From Macrostomum lignano (lineage: Eukaryota), in NCBI GenBank assembly GCA_002269645.1, contig NIVC01001020.1, positions 62,001 to 126,000 of the forward strand: DNA of 64,000 nt, in the 5' to 3' direction. A model generated the notes under the pieces. That model saw nothing but the letters and a program-made list of their open reading frames with translations, did not search any database and was not told the origin of the DNA. The position numbers and the translations under genes were made by a program. Of the stretch, positions 13,311 to 24,929 are shown in pieces. Positions within the stretch are counted from its first letter, which is position 1. Each line of letters starts with the position of its first letter.

Positions 13311-14449
13311 CACCACAAACTCTATCTAATCTAATGTCTATAAAGCTTAGCCCTCCAAGTCGAAGTACGGATACATTCTCTACAATTGGCTTAGCTCAGT
13401 ATCATAATTCCTCAACTCAATCTGTGTACAGCCAGTCTGTACAGCCATTTTATGTCATTTTTTCATTTATGTCATCAAATTTTATTACTCTTTAGTGCTA
13501 AATATTCCTGCGGGATGTTAGCCTGATATTTAAAACTCACTAATAAATCTTTACAATATATTTTCTCCTTCTGTCCAAGTCTGTTTGCCCTGTCATCGCA
13601 TTATTCTGCCTTGTAAACTAATTAAATAAAGGCCTTTTTCTCATTGTCATTCTTAGCTGAGCTGAGTCTATCTTATTGTTTTTAATCAAGCAGATTTTGA
13701 ATAGCTATGCTTTTATAGTCTACTAGTACAGAGTAGTATTATATATTTCTATTTTGATAGCCTATTTGCAGTCAGTTTATTGCATACAAATTTCGTTTTA
13801 CTTTCTACCCCTCAATATTTGTGCCCAGTCGGTCTCAGTCTTGTTGAAAGGGCCGAAAAGCCCAGTTTTTTATCGAGAGACCCCACTGTGTTTCACTGTC
13901 GTCTCCAGGCTCTGATGTGATCTTCATGTCTTGTTTTTACTCCAAATAGTAATTATTGAATGTTCAAACTTCACTACTTACCAACCAGTTAGTAGTACGG
14001 TGTAGCAGAATTCTATTCTAACGAAAGCAACTATTTTTTACGTTTCTAAGATAACTTTTTTTTAGATATTCCCGATGTTTTTTTCGGCTTGGCGTGCAAG
14101 TTTGTTGTTGGCTTCTGTGATTTATCATGTTTTTTAGCTTCTCTCTCGATTTTAGCCATATAGCTTTTTATGATTTCTTTATACTGCTATACTCGTACAT
14201 TGATTAACAATCAGCAACTCGACACTGCGATATGTTATCCTCTATTGTGCATGTAGATATTCATTTCCTTCTGCATTAATTCAATAGTTAGTTTTTAATT
14301 TGTTTCAATATTTTGCTTACCTTCAGAGGAATGAAGTGGAAAGAGTTGTTTATTTATAAGAACATTTTGTCGCTCAAATTTTCTGGTTTATTGTTTGTTC
14401 TTTTTTGCTATGGGCCGCCCGTCATTCTACAGAATCTCCCCTCAGTTAC

Positions 14450-15175
14450 CCTAGAGAATCGGCCCTCAGCCACCCCATAAGAATCGCCCCTCAGCCACCC
14501 CACAAGAATCGCCCCTCAGCCACCCCATGAGAATCGCCCCTCAGCCACCCCATGAGAATCGCCCCTCAGCCACCCCATGAGAATCGCCCCTCAGCCACTC
14601 TATCATAAGAATCGCCCCTCAGCCACCCCATGAGAATCGCCCCTCAGCCACCCCATAAGAATCGCCCCTCAGCCACCCCATGAGAATCGCCCCTCAGCCA
14701 CCCCATGAGAATCGCCCCTCAGCCACTCTATCATAAGAATCGCCCCTCAGCCACCCCATGAGAATCGCCCCTCAGCCACCCCATGAGAATCGCCCCTCAG
14801 CCACCCCATGAGAATCGCCCCTCAGCCACCCCATGAGAATCGCCCCTCAGCCACCCCATGAGAATCGCCCATCAGCCACCCCATGAGAATCGCCCCTCAG
14901 CCACCCCATGAGAATCGCCCCTCAGCCACCCCATGAGAATCGCCCCTCAGCCACCCCATGAGAATCGCCCCTCAGCCACCCCATGAGAATCGCCCCTCAG
15001 CCACCCCATGAGAATCGCCCCTCAGCCACCCCATGAGAATCGCCCCTCAGCCACCCCATGAGAATCGCCCATCAGCCACCCCATGAGAATCGCCACTCAG
15101 CCACCCCATGAGAATCGCCACTCAGCCACCCCATGAGAATCGCCCCTCAGCCACCCCATGAGAATCGCCCCTCAG
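14450..15175. repeat. About 20-nt minisatellite (GAGAATCGCCCCTCAGCCACCCCAT) directly upstream of ELAC1
   Basis: Visible; same family as 38875-39470. Confidence 0.9.
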
Positions 15176-15195
15176 CCAGCTCGCCGCCCCTGCAG

Positions 15196-17596
15196 GACCT
15201 GATCTTCCTGGGCACAGCCAGCTCGTACCCGTCGCCGCACCGCTGCGCCTCCGGCCTTATCGTCAGGTTCCATGCCGACGGCGACTGCTGGCTGTTCGAC
15301 TGCGGCGAGTCTACTCAGGTGCAGCTGATGCGCTCGCCGGTGAAGCTGGGCCGAATCTCGCGCATCTTCATCACCCACCTGCACGGCGATCACAGCTTCG
15401 GCCTGCCGGGCCTTATCAGCACCCTGGGCGGCGGTCGCTGCGAGGCCGGCTCGGTGCTGACCGTGTGCGGGCCGCCCGGTACCCGGCAGTTCCTGCGGCA
15501 GAGTCTGGCTTATGCTAGAAGCGATCTGGTCGGGGTGAGGTCGGGGTGGTCCCCCGAGTCTGTACTCTGCTTCATCTCGAAAGCAACTCTAGGCTGAGTC
15601 TCCTCTTGCCTCATCTCCTCTCTCCCCTTGTCTCTTGTCTCCTCTCTGCTCTCCTCTCTGTGATACATGTAGTTGCCACTGCAGGTGTAGAAACTTATAT
15701 GGTTTGAGGGGTTGGCCCGCAAGGCTGTTTATTGCACGGAGCCTGGGCCACCGTAAATTAATTTGACTGCACTTGGAATCGAGCCTGGGCGGCTGGCTGG
15801 TGGCACTCGAGAGCGCCGCGCTGGACCACTGCGGCCTGGCCCTCGTCATTGATCCACAATCCGTTGCCTGTTTAAACACGCAGTGCTCAGACAAACTGTC
15901 GCTTAAGCAGCCGCTACAATCCTCCTCACTTTCAAAACTCTCTCCGAACTGCTCAGATTCGCCTCGCCATCCGAGAGCTCGCAGGCGTCCCCCTGCTGAT
16001 GCCGGCGCCCGAGAATGCCCAGATGGAGGCCATCCTTGCCGCAGTCGCCAGTGACAGCCCCCAAGGCCTGCTGCCCGCCCTGCCCTACGAGATTGACATC
16101 GACGATGCCGACCGACAACCCGACGGCACTTGGACTGTCGTGTCCGACCAGGAGGCCGCTGCCGCTAGCGGCGGGGTCACAGTGCAGGCAGCCGCGCTCA
16201 GCCACCGGGTGCCCTGTGTGGGGTACAGGCTGGCCACCCGGGCTCCGGCCACCGGGCACTTGCAGCCGGAGCTGGCATACCAGCTGGGCCTGGCCAGATC
16301 TGGCGAATCTGCCCTGCTGGGCGAATTGAAGAGAGGCCGAACCGTGACGACCCGATCTGGGGCTGTTATCAGGCCTGAGCAGGTGAGTGAGAATGGGCTT
16401 GGGTTAGGCTCTAACTCAAGTTGGAAACTAAATTCCCTTAGTTAAAGCTCTGATTCATCTGCAGTCTCTGAGACCCCCCAGTCACCTGAAGTCCCTGAAG
16501 TCCCTGAATTTCCTTAGTTATTTACAGTTACAGAATCCCCAGAGTCACCTGAAGCCCCTAAATCCCTAGTCACCTGAAGCCCCTGAATCTCCAGTCACCT
16601 GAGGCCCCTGAATCCCCAGTCACCTGAGGCCCCTGAGGCCCCTGAATCCCAGTCACCTGAGGCCCCTGAGGCCCCTGAATCCCCAGTCACCTGAGGCCCC
16701 CCTAAATCCCAGTCACCTGAGGCCCCTGAGGCCCCTGAATCCCCAGTCACCTGAGGCCCCCCTAAATCCCAGTCACCTGAGGCCCCTGAGGCCCCTGAAT
16801 CCCCAGTCACCTGAGGCCCCTGAATCCCCAGTCACCTAAGGCCCCTGAATCCCCAGTCACCTGAAGCCCCTGATTCACCCGAAGTCCCTGAGTCGTCTGA
16901 AATCCGTGTCGCTGAGCCTACTAGCCTCGATTCGATGCGTTACCTCAGTCCAATAGTCAGTCCCTGAGTCCTTGAGTGTCAAGTCCTTGAGTGTCTGAGT
17001 CCTTGAGTGTCTGAGTCCCTGAGTGTCTGAGTCCTTGAGTGTCTGAGTCCTTGAGTGTCAAGTCCTTGAGTGTCTGAGTCCTTGAGTGTCTGAGTCCTTG
17101 AGTGTCTGAGTCCTTGAGTGTCTGAGTCCTTGAGTCCCCGAGACCTTAAGTCCATACCCAGTCAGCCGATCCGGAAACCCGGGTGCCGCCGCAGGCGACA
17201 GCTGCTCCGCCCCCGCCGCTTCGCCTGGCAGTCTTCGGCGACACCTGCAACTCCGACCTGGCAGCCGACATGTGCCGCGGCGTCGACTGCGTGGTTCACG
17301 AGGCCACCGGGGACAATTCGCTGACTGACAGCTGCTTGGAGAAGGGCCACTCCACGCCCGCCATGGCTGCCCAGTTTGCCCGCCAAGTCGGTGCCAAATG
17401 CCTCCTGCTGACTCACTTCAGCCAGCGCTACACGGACGGAGCCGGGCCCACCGTCAGCGACGCCTCGGTGGAGCTGCTGCGGCGGCAGGCCGAGGCGGCC
17501 CTGGACGGCAGCGGCATCGACCTGCGGATGGCCGCCGACCTCCGGCAGTTCGCTGTCACCCACGAGGGCGTCAAGTTTGTGGCTGATCACGGCTGA
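15196..17596 (+). CDS. ELAC1: Short-form tRNase Z (RNase Z, metallo-beta-lactamase fold), 3 exons; initiator Met not at the exon start
   Basis: Exons 15196-15534, 15957-16382, 17195-17596 (or 17162). Motifs: DLIFLGTASSYPSP, WLFDCGE, ITHLHGDH (HxHxDH), HRVPCVGY, VFGDT, HEAT, GHSTP, LTHFSQRY. Confidence 0.92.
16470..17135. repeat. Two minisatellites in ELAC1 intron 2 (CCCCTGAATCCCCAGTCACCTGAGG and GAGTCCTTGAGTGTCT)
   Basis: Visible. Confidence 0.88.
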
Positions 17597-17759
17597 TGCG
17601 GCTGGTCGACTTTTTGTGCCCAACCTTCCAGAATCCCGGAGTGCTCAATGACCGGCTGCCGAAATGCCATTCTCAGCTTGGGTTTTAAAATGCGTTCCAG
17701 CTTTAATCCTTATTCTGCGATTCTAATTCTCCCCTATCCCCATTTTGGTATTCTACCTA

Positions 17760-18150
17760 ACTTTTAATCCCCAATCTCGTAATTTTCCGTAATCCTCATT
17801 TTGAGCCTCCAATTCTCGCTAATCCTCATTTTGGGATTCTAATTCTCTCTGATCCTCATTTTGGGGTTCTAATTCTCCATGATCCTCATTTTGGGATTCT
17901 AATTCTCTCTGATCCTCATTTTGGGATTTTAATTCTTCCTAATCCTCATTTTGGGATTCTAATTCTATCTAATCCCTGTTTTGGGTTTCTAATTCTCCCT
18001 AATCTTCATTTTGGGATTCTAATTCTCCCTAATCTTCATTTTAGGATTATATTCTCTCTAATCCCTGTTTTGGGATTTAAGCCTTCCTAATCCCCAGTCT
18101 AGAATTCTAAGCTTATTTAATCCCTAGTTTGGGTTCTAAGCCTTCCAAAT
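17760..18150. repeat. Degenerate 30-nt array (CCTCATTTTGGGATTCTAATTCTCTCTAAT)
   Basis: Visible. Confidence 0.8.
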
Positions 18151-18544
18151 CTTTGGGATTCTGATATACCTCTTCTTTGATTTCCCGTTAGAAATTGCCA
18201 CCCATTTAAATTTCATATTAAAAAGTTTCCACGTGAGGCTTATTTCAAGCCTTCATTATTCATTTCCCTGTGTCAACAAATATCTCTGAGCCTGCAATGT
18301 CCGGCCTACTAATGATTTCCTAGTAATTGCGCATTTGAACTTTGAGTCCTGGTTTCTCAAGCTTACAATCTTCGCTGTGCCTGTTGCTTGTTGTTTTTTG
18401 TATTAATATAGTTCTTCTAACTGTTAGCGCTTACGTTTTGTGCACTAAAAAATACAATGATGGTTTTAATGAAGTTTTTTGTGCTGTAGTTTCTCCTTTG
18501 TACTGTATTGATTTCTGTTAGCTAAGTAACTTCAACTCTTGCAC

Positions 18545-18745
18545 CAAGGCGCCTGCCAGTGGGAGGGTAAGCGCGTCTGACTCTCACCCGAGGACCCCTG
18601 AGCCCTGGTTCAATTCTGTTTCACAGTCATGAGGGAAACCCCCACCCCAACCCAAGGCACAGAGAGTGTACAAACCTGTACACCCTGTGTGAGCGTGTGT
18701 ATGAGTGCGTGCCTGCGTACAGCATTGGCGCGCTTGCATGTGCGA
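18545..18745 (+). mobile_element. Possible degenerate tRNA-derived SINE head plus dispersed element copy C
   Basis: A-box-like GCCAGTGG...GGTAAGCGCG and B-box-like GGTTCAATTC, followed by GCACAGAGAGTGTACA...TGTACACCCTGTGTGAGCG shared with the other copies. Confidence 0.45.
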
Positions 18746-18894
18746 AATGAAGCAGTGCTGGTTGGGGTTATGTTACGAGTAAAAACAAATGAAAGATTTC
18801 AGGAAACTAAAAAAGTCAAATCCAGTGCCTGTGCTTAGCGAGCAAGAGAAAAAGGGTGGCGCCCCAGCCAGGCCGATTAACAGTTAGGCTTTCC

Positions 18895-19225
18895 TCTTTC
18901 GTCCGTCTGACTTTGCCCTCTCCTTACTGCTCTCTCATTGGCTGAGCTAGATTGGGCCTGTTCCCCTTACTGCTCTCTCATTGGCTGAGCTAGATTGGGC
19001 CTGTTCCTCTTACTGCGCTCTCATTGGCTGAGCTAGATTGGGCCTGTCCCCTTACTACTTTATCATTGGCTGAGCTAGATTGGGCCTGTCCCCTTACTAC
19101 TTTATCATTAGCTGAGCTAGATTAGGCCTGCCCCTGGACTGAGTTTTCGTCCGTCTGACTTTGACCTCTCTCCTTACTGCTCCCTCATTGGCTGAGCTAA
19201 ATTAGGCGGCCTGTCTCCCAAGGCT
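18895..19225. repeat. About 40-nt tandem repeat rich in ATTGG (reverse CCAAT) upstream of YPEL5
   Basis: Unit CCTTACTGCTCTCTCATTGGCTGAGCTAGATTGGGCCTG, about 5-6 copies. Confidence 0.8.
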
Positions 19226-19513
19226 GAGTTTTCGTCGATCTTGCGGTCACTTGTGTACATCGAGTTAAATGATTGTTGTTCATTCTTAATCCCATATACT
19301 CCTGAGGCCGCAAACCCCGAGAAAGGAAAAAAAATTTAGCTGCCAAATTAAATTTAAGTGACAGTGCGCAAACAAACTACTGAAAAATGAGTAGACGTTC
19401 TAGTTTTTCAAAAATTTAGTTATGAAAACCAGCTAAAACGTCACTAAAATTCATGCCCCGCTGGGTACTGTGCCGCTTTCAGTAAATCCCCAGGATTCAA
19501 TGCTAGCTACAGC

Positions 19514-19870
19514 ATGGGCCGCCTCCACATTGAGCACATGGGCGGCGAGCGGGTGTTCAGCTGCGCCAACTGCGACTGTCCCCTCACCAACCGGCAGCAG
19601 CTCATTAGCACCCGGTTCACCGGTGCCACCGGTAGGGCCTTCCTGTTTAACCGGGTGGTGAACCTGGACACTAGCGAGCTGCAGGACCGGGTGATGCTCA
19701 CAGGCAGGCACATGGTTCGCGATGTGAGCTGCAGGAAGTGCAAGACCAAGCTGGGCTGGGTGTACGAGTTCGCCACCGAGGAGAGCCAGCAGTACAAGGA
19801 GGGCAAGATCATCCTGGAGAGGGCGCTCATCAATGAGAGCGAAGGCTTCCCGGATCCGGTCAAGGATTAG
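19514..19870 (+). CDS. YPEL5: Yippee-like 5 zinc-binding protein, single coding exon, 118 aa
   Basis: [20 protein letters not shown]...[15 protein letters not shown]...[19 protein letters not shown]...LGWVYEFAT matches YPEL5; acceptor TACAG lies 1 nt before the ATG. Confidence 0.95.
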   Translation: MGRLHIEHMGGERVFSCANCDCPLTNRQQLISTRFTGATGRAFLFNRVVNLDTSELQDRVMLTGRHMVRDVSCRKCKTKLGWVYEFATEESQQYKEGKIILERALINESEGFPDPVKD

Positions 19871-20049
19871 AGGGGGCGCCTCCGACCGCATCATGGCCGC
19901 ATCTGAGCACACATTAAAGCAGTCTAGAGACTAAAATATTTGCCAATATTTTTGTTAAATCACCTGATCGAAACTGGTTTGAAGCTTCTGTTTTTTGCGC
20001 ATTCATTCTGTCATGGCATTTTTGTCGAGATTTTATTTTTTCAATTTGT

Positions 20050-20945
20050 GTCTTGAGCGCATACGTGTCTGGAACTGTCTGTGTCTTGTGCCTGTAACTG
20101 TTTCCGAGTGTCTGTAACTGTCTCGTGTGTAATTGTGTCCGAGTGCCTGTAACTGTCTGTTCTTTTTGCCTAACTGTGTCCGAGTGTCTGTAACTGTCTG
20201 TCTTGTGTCTGTAATTGTCTGTCCTGTGTCTGTAACTGTGTCTTGTGTCTGTAATTGTCTGTTCTTTGTGTCTGTAACCGTGTCTAAGTGTCTGTAACTG
20301 TGTCTGAGTGTCTGTAACTGTATGTCTTCTGATTGTAACACTGTGTCTGAGTGTCTGTAACTATATGTGTCTTCTGATCGTAACTGTGTCCGAGTTTCTG
20401 TAACCGTGTCTGAGTGTCTGTAACTGTGTGTCCTGAGTGTCTGTAACTGTCTGTTCCTTGTGTCTGCAACTGTGCCTCGGTGTCTGTAACTGTCTGTTCC
20501 TTGTGTCTGCAACTGTGCCTCGGTGTCTGTAACTGTCTGTTCCTTGTGTCTGCAACTGTGCCTCGGTGTCTGTAACTGTCTGTTCCTTGTGTCTGCAACT
20601 GTGCCTCGGTGTCTGTAACTGTCTGTTCCTTGTGTCTGCAACTGTGCCTCGGTGTCTGTAACTGTCTGTTCCTTGTGTCTGCAACTGTGCCTCGGTGTCT
20701 GTAACTGTCTGTTACTTGTGTCTGCAACTGTGCCTCGGTGTCTGTAACTGTCTGTTCCTTGTGTCTGCAACTGTGCCTCGGTGTCTGTAACTGCGCCCGA
20801 GTTTCTGTAACTGTGTGTCTTCTGATTGTAACTGTGTCTGAGTGTCTGCTACTGTCTGTTCCTTGTGTCTGTAACTGTGCCTGAGTGTCTGTAAACGTGT
20901 CTGAGTGTCTGTAACTGTCTGTGTCTTGAGTGTCTGTAACTATCT
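20050..20945. repeat. TGTCTGTAACTG-based minisatellite (about 43-nt core unit)
   Basis: Visible. Confidence 0.88.
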
Positions 20946-21584
20946 GTGTCTGCCGGAGGCTGTGGCTCTGTGTCTGGGCCTCTTATGACAGTCCTTCATA
21001 TTTTCAATTTGCATTCTGTCTCGCCTCCAATCTGTCTCAGCGCGTCATTTCGCGTATTTTTTAACTGTCTATAATTTTTATCTGTGCGTCTCTGACTGTC
21101 CTGATTATTATCCCAGCAACCAGCATCGCATCTGTGGTTTGGCCTCCAGTGATCATTTATACTTCAATTTTATTGATTAATGTTGATATAAATCGCCTTA
21201 GTGATTACTATTCACAGTTAATATGTCTGTGCACGTGTAGCTCCTGAGTCGTTGTGGCTCTGTGTATATCTGAGTTTTGGTTTTTGCAGTCATTTCATAG
21301 AATAATATGATCAACACCTTTAGAGTCATTTTGGCCATCCAAGCCTTCCGTTTTTTTCATTTTTTCTGTCATTGGATTTTGATGAAGCCCAGCCTCTGTT
21401 GCTGCCGACTCAGCTCTGGAAATATATGAGAGAATTCGCTCCAGTGTTTTCACACCTTGCCGACTGTATTTTAGTGACAGGAAACTGCAGATATTTATTC
21501 TTCGTTGCTAATTGTCCCTTACTTCTGTCTTTTTGATATCGGATAATTCAGCCTTGAGTCGCCTTAGAGGTCGCCTTAGAGGAT

Positions 21585-22015
21585 TCCCTGCTGGATAATC
21601 GGCCCTTAATCCTTTGGATTCCCTGCCGGATAATCGGCCCTTAATCCCCTGCAAACCCTGTTGGATAATCGGCCCTTAATTCCCTGGATTCCCTGTTGGA
21701 AAATCGGCCCTTAATTCCCTGCAAACCCTGTTGGATAATCGGCCCTTAATTCCCTGCAAACCCTGTTGGAAAATCGGCCCTTAATTCCCTGCAAACCCTG
21801 TTGGATAATCGGCCCTTAATTCCCTGCAAACCCTGTTGGATAATTGGCCCTTAATCCCCTGGATTCCTTGATGGATAATTGGCCCTTAATCCCCTGGATT
21901 CCCTGCGGGATAATCGGCCCTTAATCCCCTGGATTCCCTGCCGGATAATCGGCCCTTAATCCCCTTGATTCCCTGCCGGATAATCAGCCCTTAATCCCCT
22001 GGATACCCTGCTCGA
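21585..22015. repeat. 33-nt minisatellite (GGATAATCGGCCCTTAATCCCCTGGATTCCCTG)
   Basis: Visible. Confidence 0.88.
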
Positions 22016-22198
22016 TAATTGATTGGCCATAAATCTTCCATAAAGGCTCTCAAACTACCACAGAGATTCGCGCTGTACAATCAACCTCCTGACTAGATTA
22101 AGTTCGAAAAATATATATTAGCTTAAACTTAGCATAATTATAGTTTTGCCGGTAAACTTTAAGATCTAAGAATCCCAGCGGGATGTCTCAATCTGCAG

Positions 22199-23011
22199 GA
22201 GACGGCGAGCTCTGGTCCTCCGAAACCAGCAACGACATCGGAGCCGCAGCCTCCGCAGCAGCAGTGCGCCTACTTTGTTGCTAGGAAGCAGCGCCAGTGC
22301 CGCTTGAGACCGCTGCCCGGACAGTCGCTGTGCGTTGAGCACTGCCCTGCCGGCTCTGCCGCCCCCGGGGACAGCCGCGGTCACCGAATCCCCTGCCCCC
22401 TGGATCCCAAGCACACCGTGTACGCATCCCAGCTGGACAGGCACCTGACCCGGTGCAACTCCCGACCCCGCCTGGTGGGCCAGCCCTTCTATCGGCAGGG
22501 CGTCAACTCTTGCGACTCGCCCGAGGATCGAACCCGCGACCTCAGCTGGAGCCTGCTGGACCCGCCGGAGCACGTGCACCGCCGGCTGGACCAGATCATC
22601 GCCCTGGTCGACTCGCTGATCCCCGACTCCGATGTTGCCGACCAGCCGGGCGACGCCGACCAGCCCATCTGGCCCATGATGGCCGCCCAGCTGAGCAATG
22701 CAGCCAGGCGGGCCGCCACTTCTTTCAAGTCCAACAAGCGGCGGATTAATAAGAAGCCGCCGGCACAGAAGGTGCAGAGCTACTCGTCCTCCTCAGATGA
22801 TGATGATGATGAGGATGATGATGGGGAAGGCGGAGGCTTTGAGAACGGCGAGCCGAGGGCGGTGACCAACCTGAGACAGCAGGCGAATCTCCTGGCTCTG
22901 GCTGAGAAGTCGCAGCTGCTCCGGAGTCCCTGCGCCTACTTTGAGTTTGGCGCCGGCAAAGGCCACCTGTGCCACTGGGTGGCTCGCTACTGGTTCGAGT
23001 CCAATAGTAAG
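22199..23011 (+). CDS. TRMT13: tRNA:m(4)X methyltransferase TRM13, 5' part, interrupted by the LTR retrotransposon
   Basis: CCCH finger CAYFVARKQRQC...CVEH, CHHC finger CPLDPKHTV...HLTRC, SAM motif FEFGAGKGHL. Frame opens after acceptor CTGCAG at 22198 with no ATG. Confidence 0.88.
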
Positions 23012-23881
23012 TGTTGTAACCCGGGTCGGCTTGGGTGCCCAGTCCCGAGTACAATATATATTATATGTGAAATAACAGGCGTTGTGACGCTCTGTCTGTA
23101 CTTTTATGAATACGACGAGCAGGCGTGGCGACGCTCTGCGATAATAATTCGATCCCTCTGGTGTTGTGACACTCAGAGTTCACGCTGCGGCTTGAGGTGT
23201 GGTGACACTCTCGAGTGCTTCTATTCTCTATACCGTAAGGCGTACGCAATATATATGGTAAACGGTACCGTACTACAGAAGCTATATGGTCTCCCGGCGT
23301 TATGACGCTCTGGCAAGAATTCGGCCTAGCAAGCTTCCCGGAAAGAAAGGACTCAAACAGCAGGCGGCTTACCAGTGGCCAGATGACTGTTCACCGTTTA
23401 TTATTCGCAGGTCTCAAGCGCAGTTTCCGACTTCTTCTTAATTCTCCAAGACTCTTCTCAATTAGGCTATTGTGTTTCTTTTATCCAAGTAGCTAATGTT
23501 GCTGTTTCTTTTATCAGGTCTCGCGCTTGCACTCTCGGAGCACACCAAAACACAAAAAGCACGCCGGAGGTGGGCAAGAGCCAGAGTCGCACCATAAATA
23601 GCACCCAAACCCTGGGGCAGACGGCCCCACCGGCTAAGCTCACCAAAACAAACCACGCCGGCCCAGCCAATCAAAACCCCGCCTAAGGGGGGAGGGGCTG
23701 CACCCGCGCCAAAGCTGGCCCGGCCGCAGCCAACCAGCCCTGAGCACGGGGCAGGGGCACGGCTGGGGAGGGGCACGCGCAAAGCCCGGCCGGGGCCAGA
23801 CCCTGCCACGCCCGCCAACCCCCCCCAACCAGCCCCAAAGTGCAACGCGCCCTGCCAACTGACAAGGGCGCATGCACTACA
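23012..23881 (-). repeat. 3' LTR (870 bp)
   Basis: Matches 32163-33033; the only difference I noticed is a C8 versus C9 run. Minus-strand AATAAA near 23397-23402. Confidence 0.96.
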
Positions 23882-23893
23882 CCCTCCCCTCCT
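23882..23893 (-). other. Polypurine tract (AGGAGGGGAGGG)
   Basis: Abuts the TG of the 3' LTR on the minus strand. Confidence 0.9.
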
Positions 23894-24137
23894 AAAAAAA
23901 AACAGGGCGGAGCTCGAACCACGGCGACTGGGATTCCAAATTTTTTAAATAACAAAGCAAAAAAAAATTAAAAACAAAAAAAAATTGGAAACAAACTAAT
24001 GCAAAGGGGAAAAAGAAAAATGGTTGCCGCAAAAGAAATATGAAAAAAAATATACTGGTTTTCTGCACGCAAGTTCGTCAGAGCAACCACGGGGCACGGA
24101 ATAGGCTTTACATCAAAGCTGGCGCCACAGAAAACCA

Positions 24138-24805
24138 TCGCAGGTGGCCGGCAGGACGCGCAGGTGGCCGGGCGGGACGCGCAGGTGGCCGGCAGGAAGT
24201 GCAGATGGCCGGCAGGGCACGCAGGTGGCCGGGCGGGACGCGCAGGTGGCCGGCAGGAAGCGCAGATGGCCGGCAGGAAGTGCAGATGGCCGGCAGGGCA
24301 CGCAGGTGGCCGGGCGGGACGCGCAGGTGGCCGGCAGGACGCGCAAGTGGCCGGCAGGACACGCAGGTGGCCGGCAGGAAGTGCAGATGGCCGGCAGGGC
24401 ACGCAGGTGGCCGGCAGGAAGCGCAGATGGCCGGGCGGGAAGCGCAGGTTGCCGACAGGAAGCGCAGATGGCCGGGCGGGAAGCGCAGGTTGCCGACAGG
24501 ACGCGCAGATGGCCGGGCAGGAAGCGCAGGTTGCCGACAGGACGCGCAGATGGCCGGCAGGGCACGCAGGTGGCCGGCAAGATGCGAAGGCGGCCGGGCG
24601 AGGCGCGCAGATGGCCGGGCGGGAAGCGCACGTGGCCGCCGCAGAAGCCGGCAGGAAGCGCACGTGGCCGCCGCAGAAGCCGGCAGGAAGCGCAGGTGGC
24701 CGCCGCAGAAGCCGGCAGGAAGCGCAGGTGGCCGCCGCAGAAGCCGGCAGGAAGCGCACGTGGCCGCCGCAGAAGCCGGCAGGAAGCGCAGGTGGCTGCC
24801 GCAGA
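24138..24805. repeat. GC-rich minisatellite in the element's 3' untranslated region (GCGCAGGTGGCCGGCAGGAA-like units)
   Basis: Visible; overlapping ORFs are repeat translations. Confidence 0.88.
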
Positions 24806-24929
24806 AGCCGCTGAGCCATTCCCCCAGGAAGCTTGACCCCACTAGCATGCAAATAAACCCATACAGTACGAGCGTAACAACATACATACAAGTAAGCAGA
24901 AAATACAGTATGAATCGGAACTGGTCACC

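Noticed and set aside
14450-15175. Regular short repeats resembling a CRISPR array
   Set aside because: No unique spacers, no cas genes, and a eukaryotic context.
23012-23955. Small ORFs within the LTRs, and the apparent C-terminus of ORF 22304-23305
   Set aside because: These are duplicated LTR sequence; the TRMT13 frame simply reads into the LTR.
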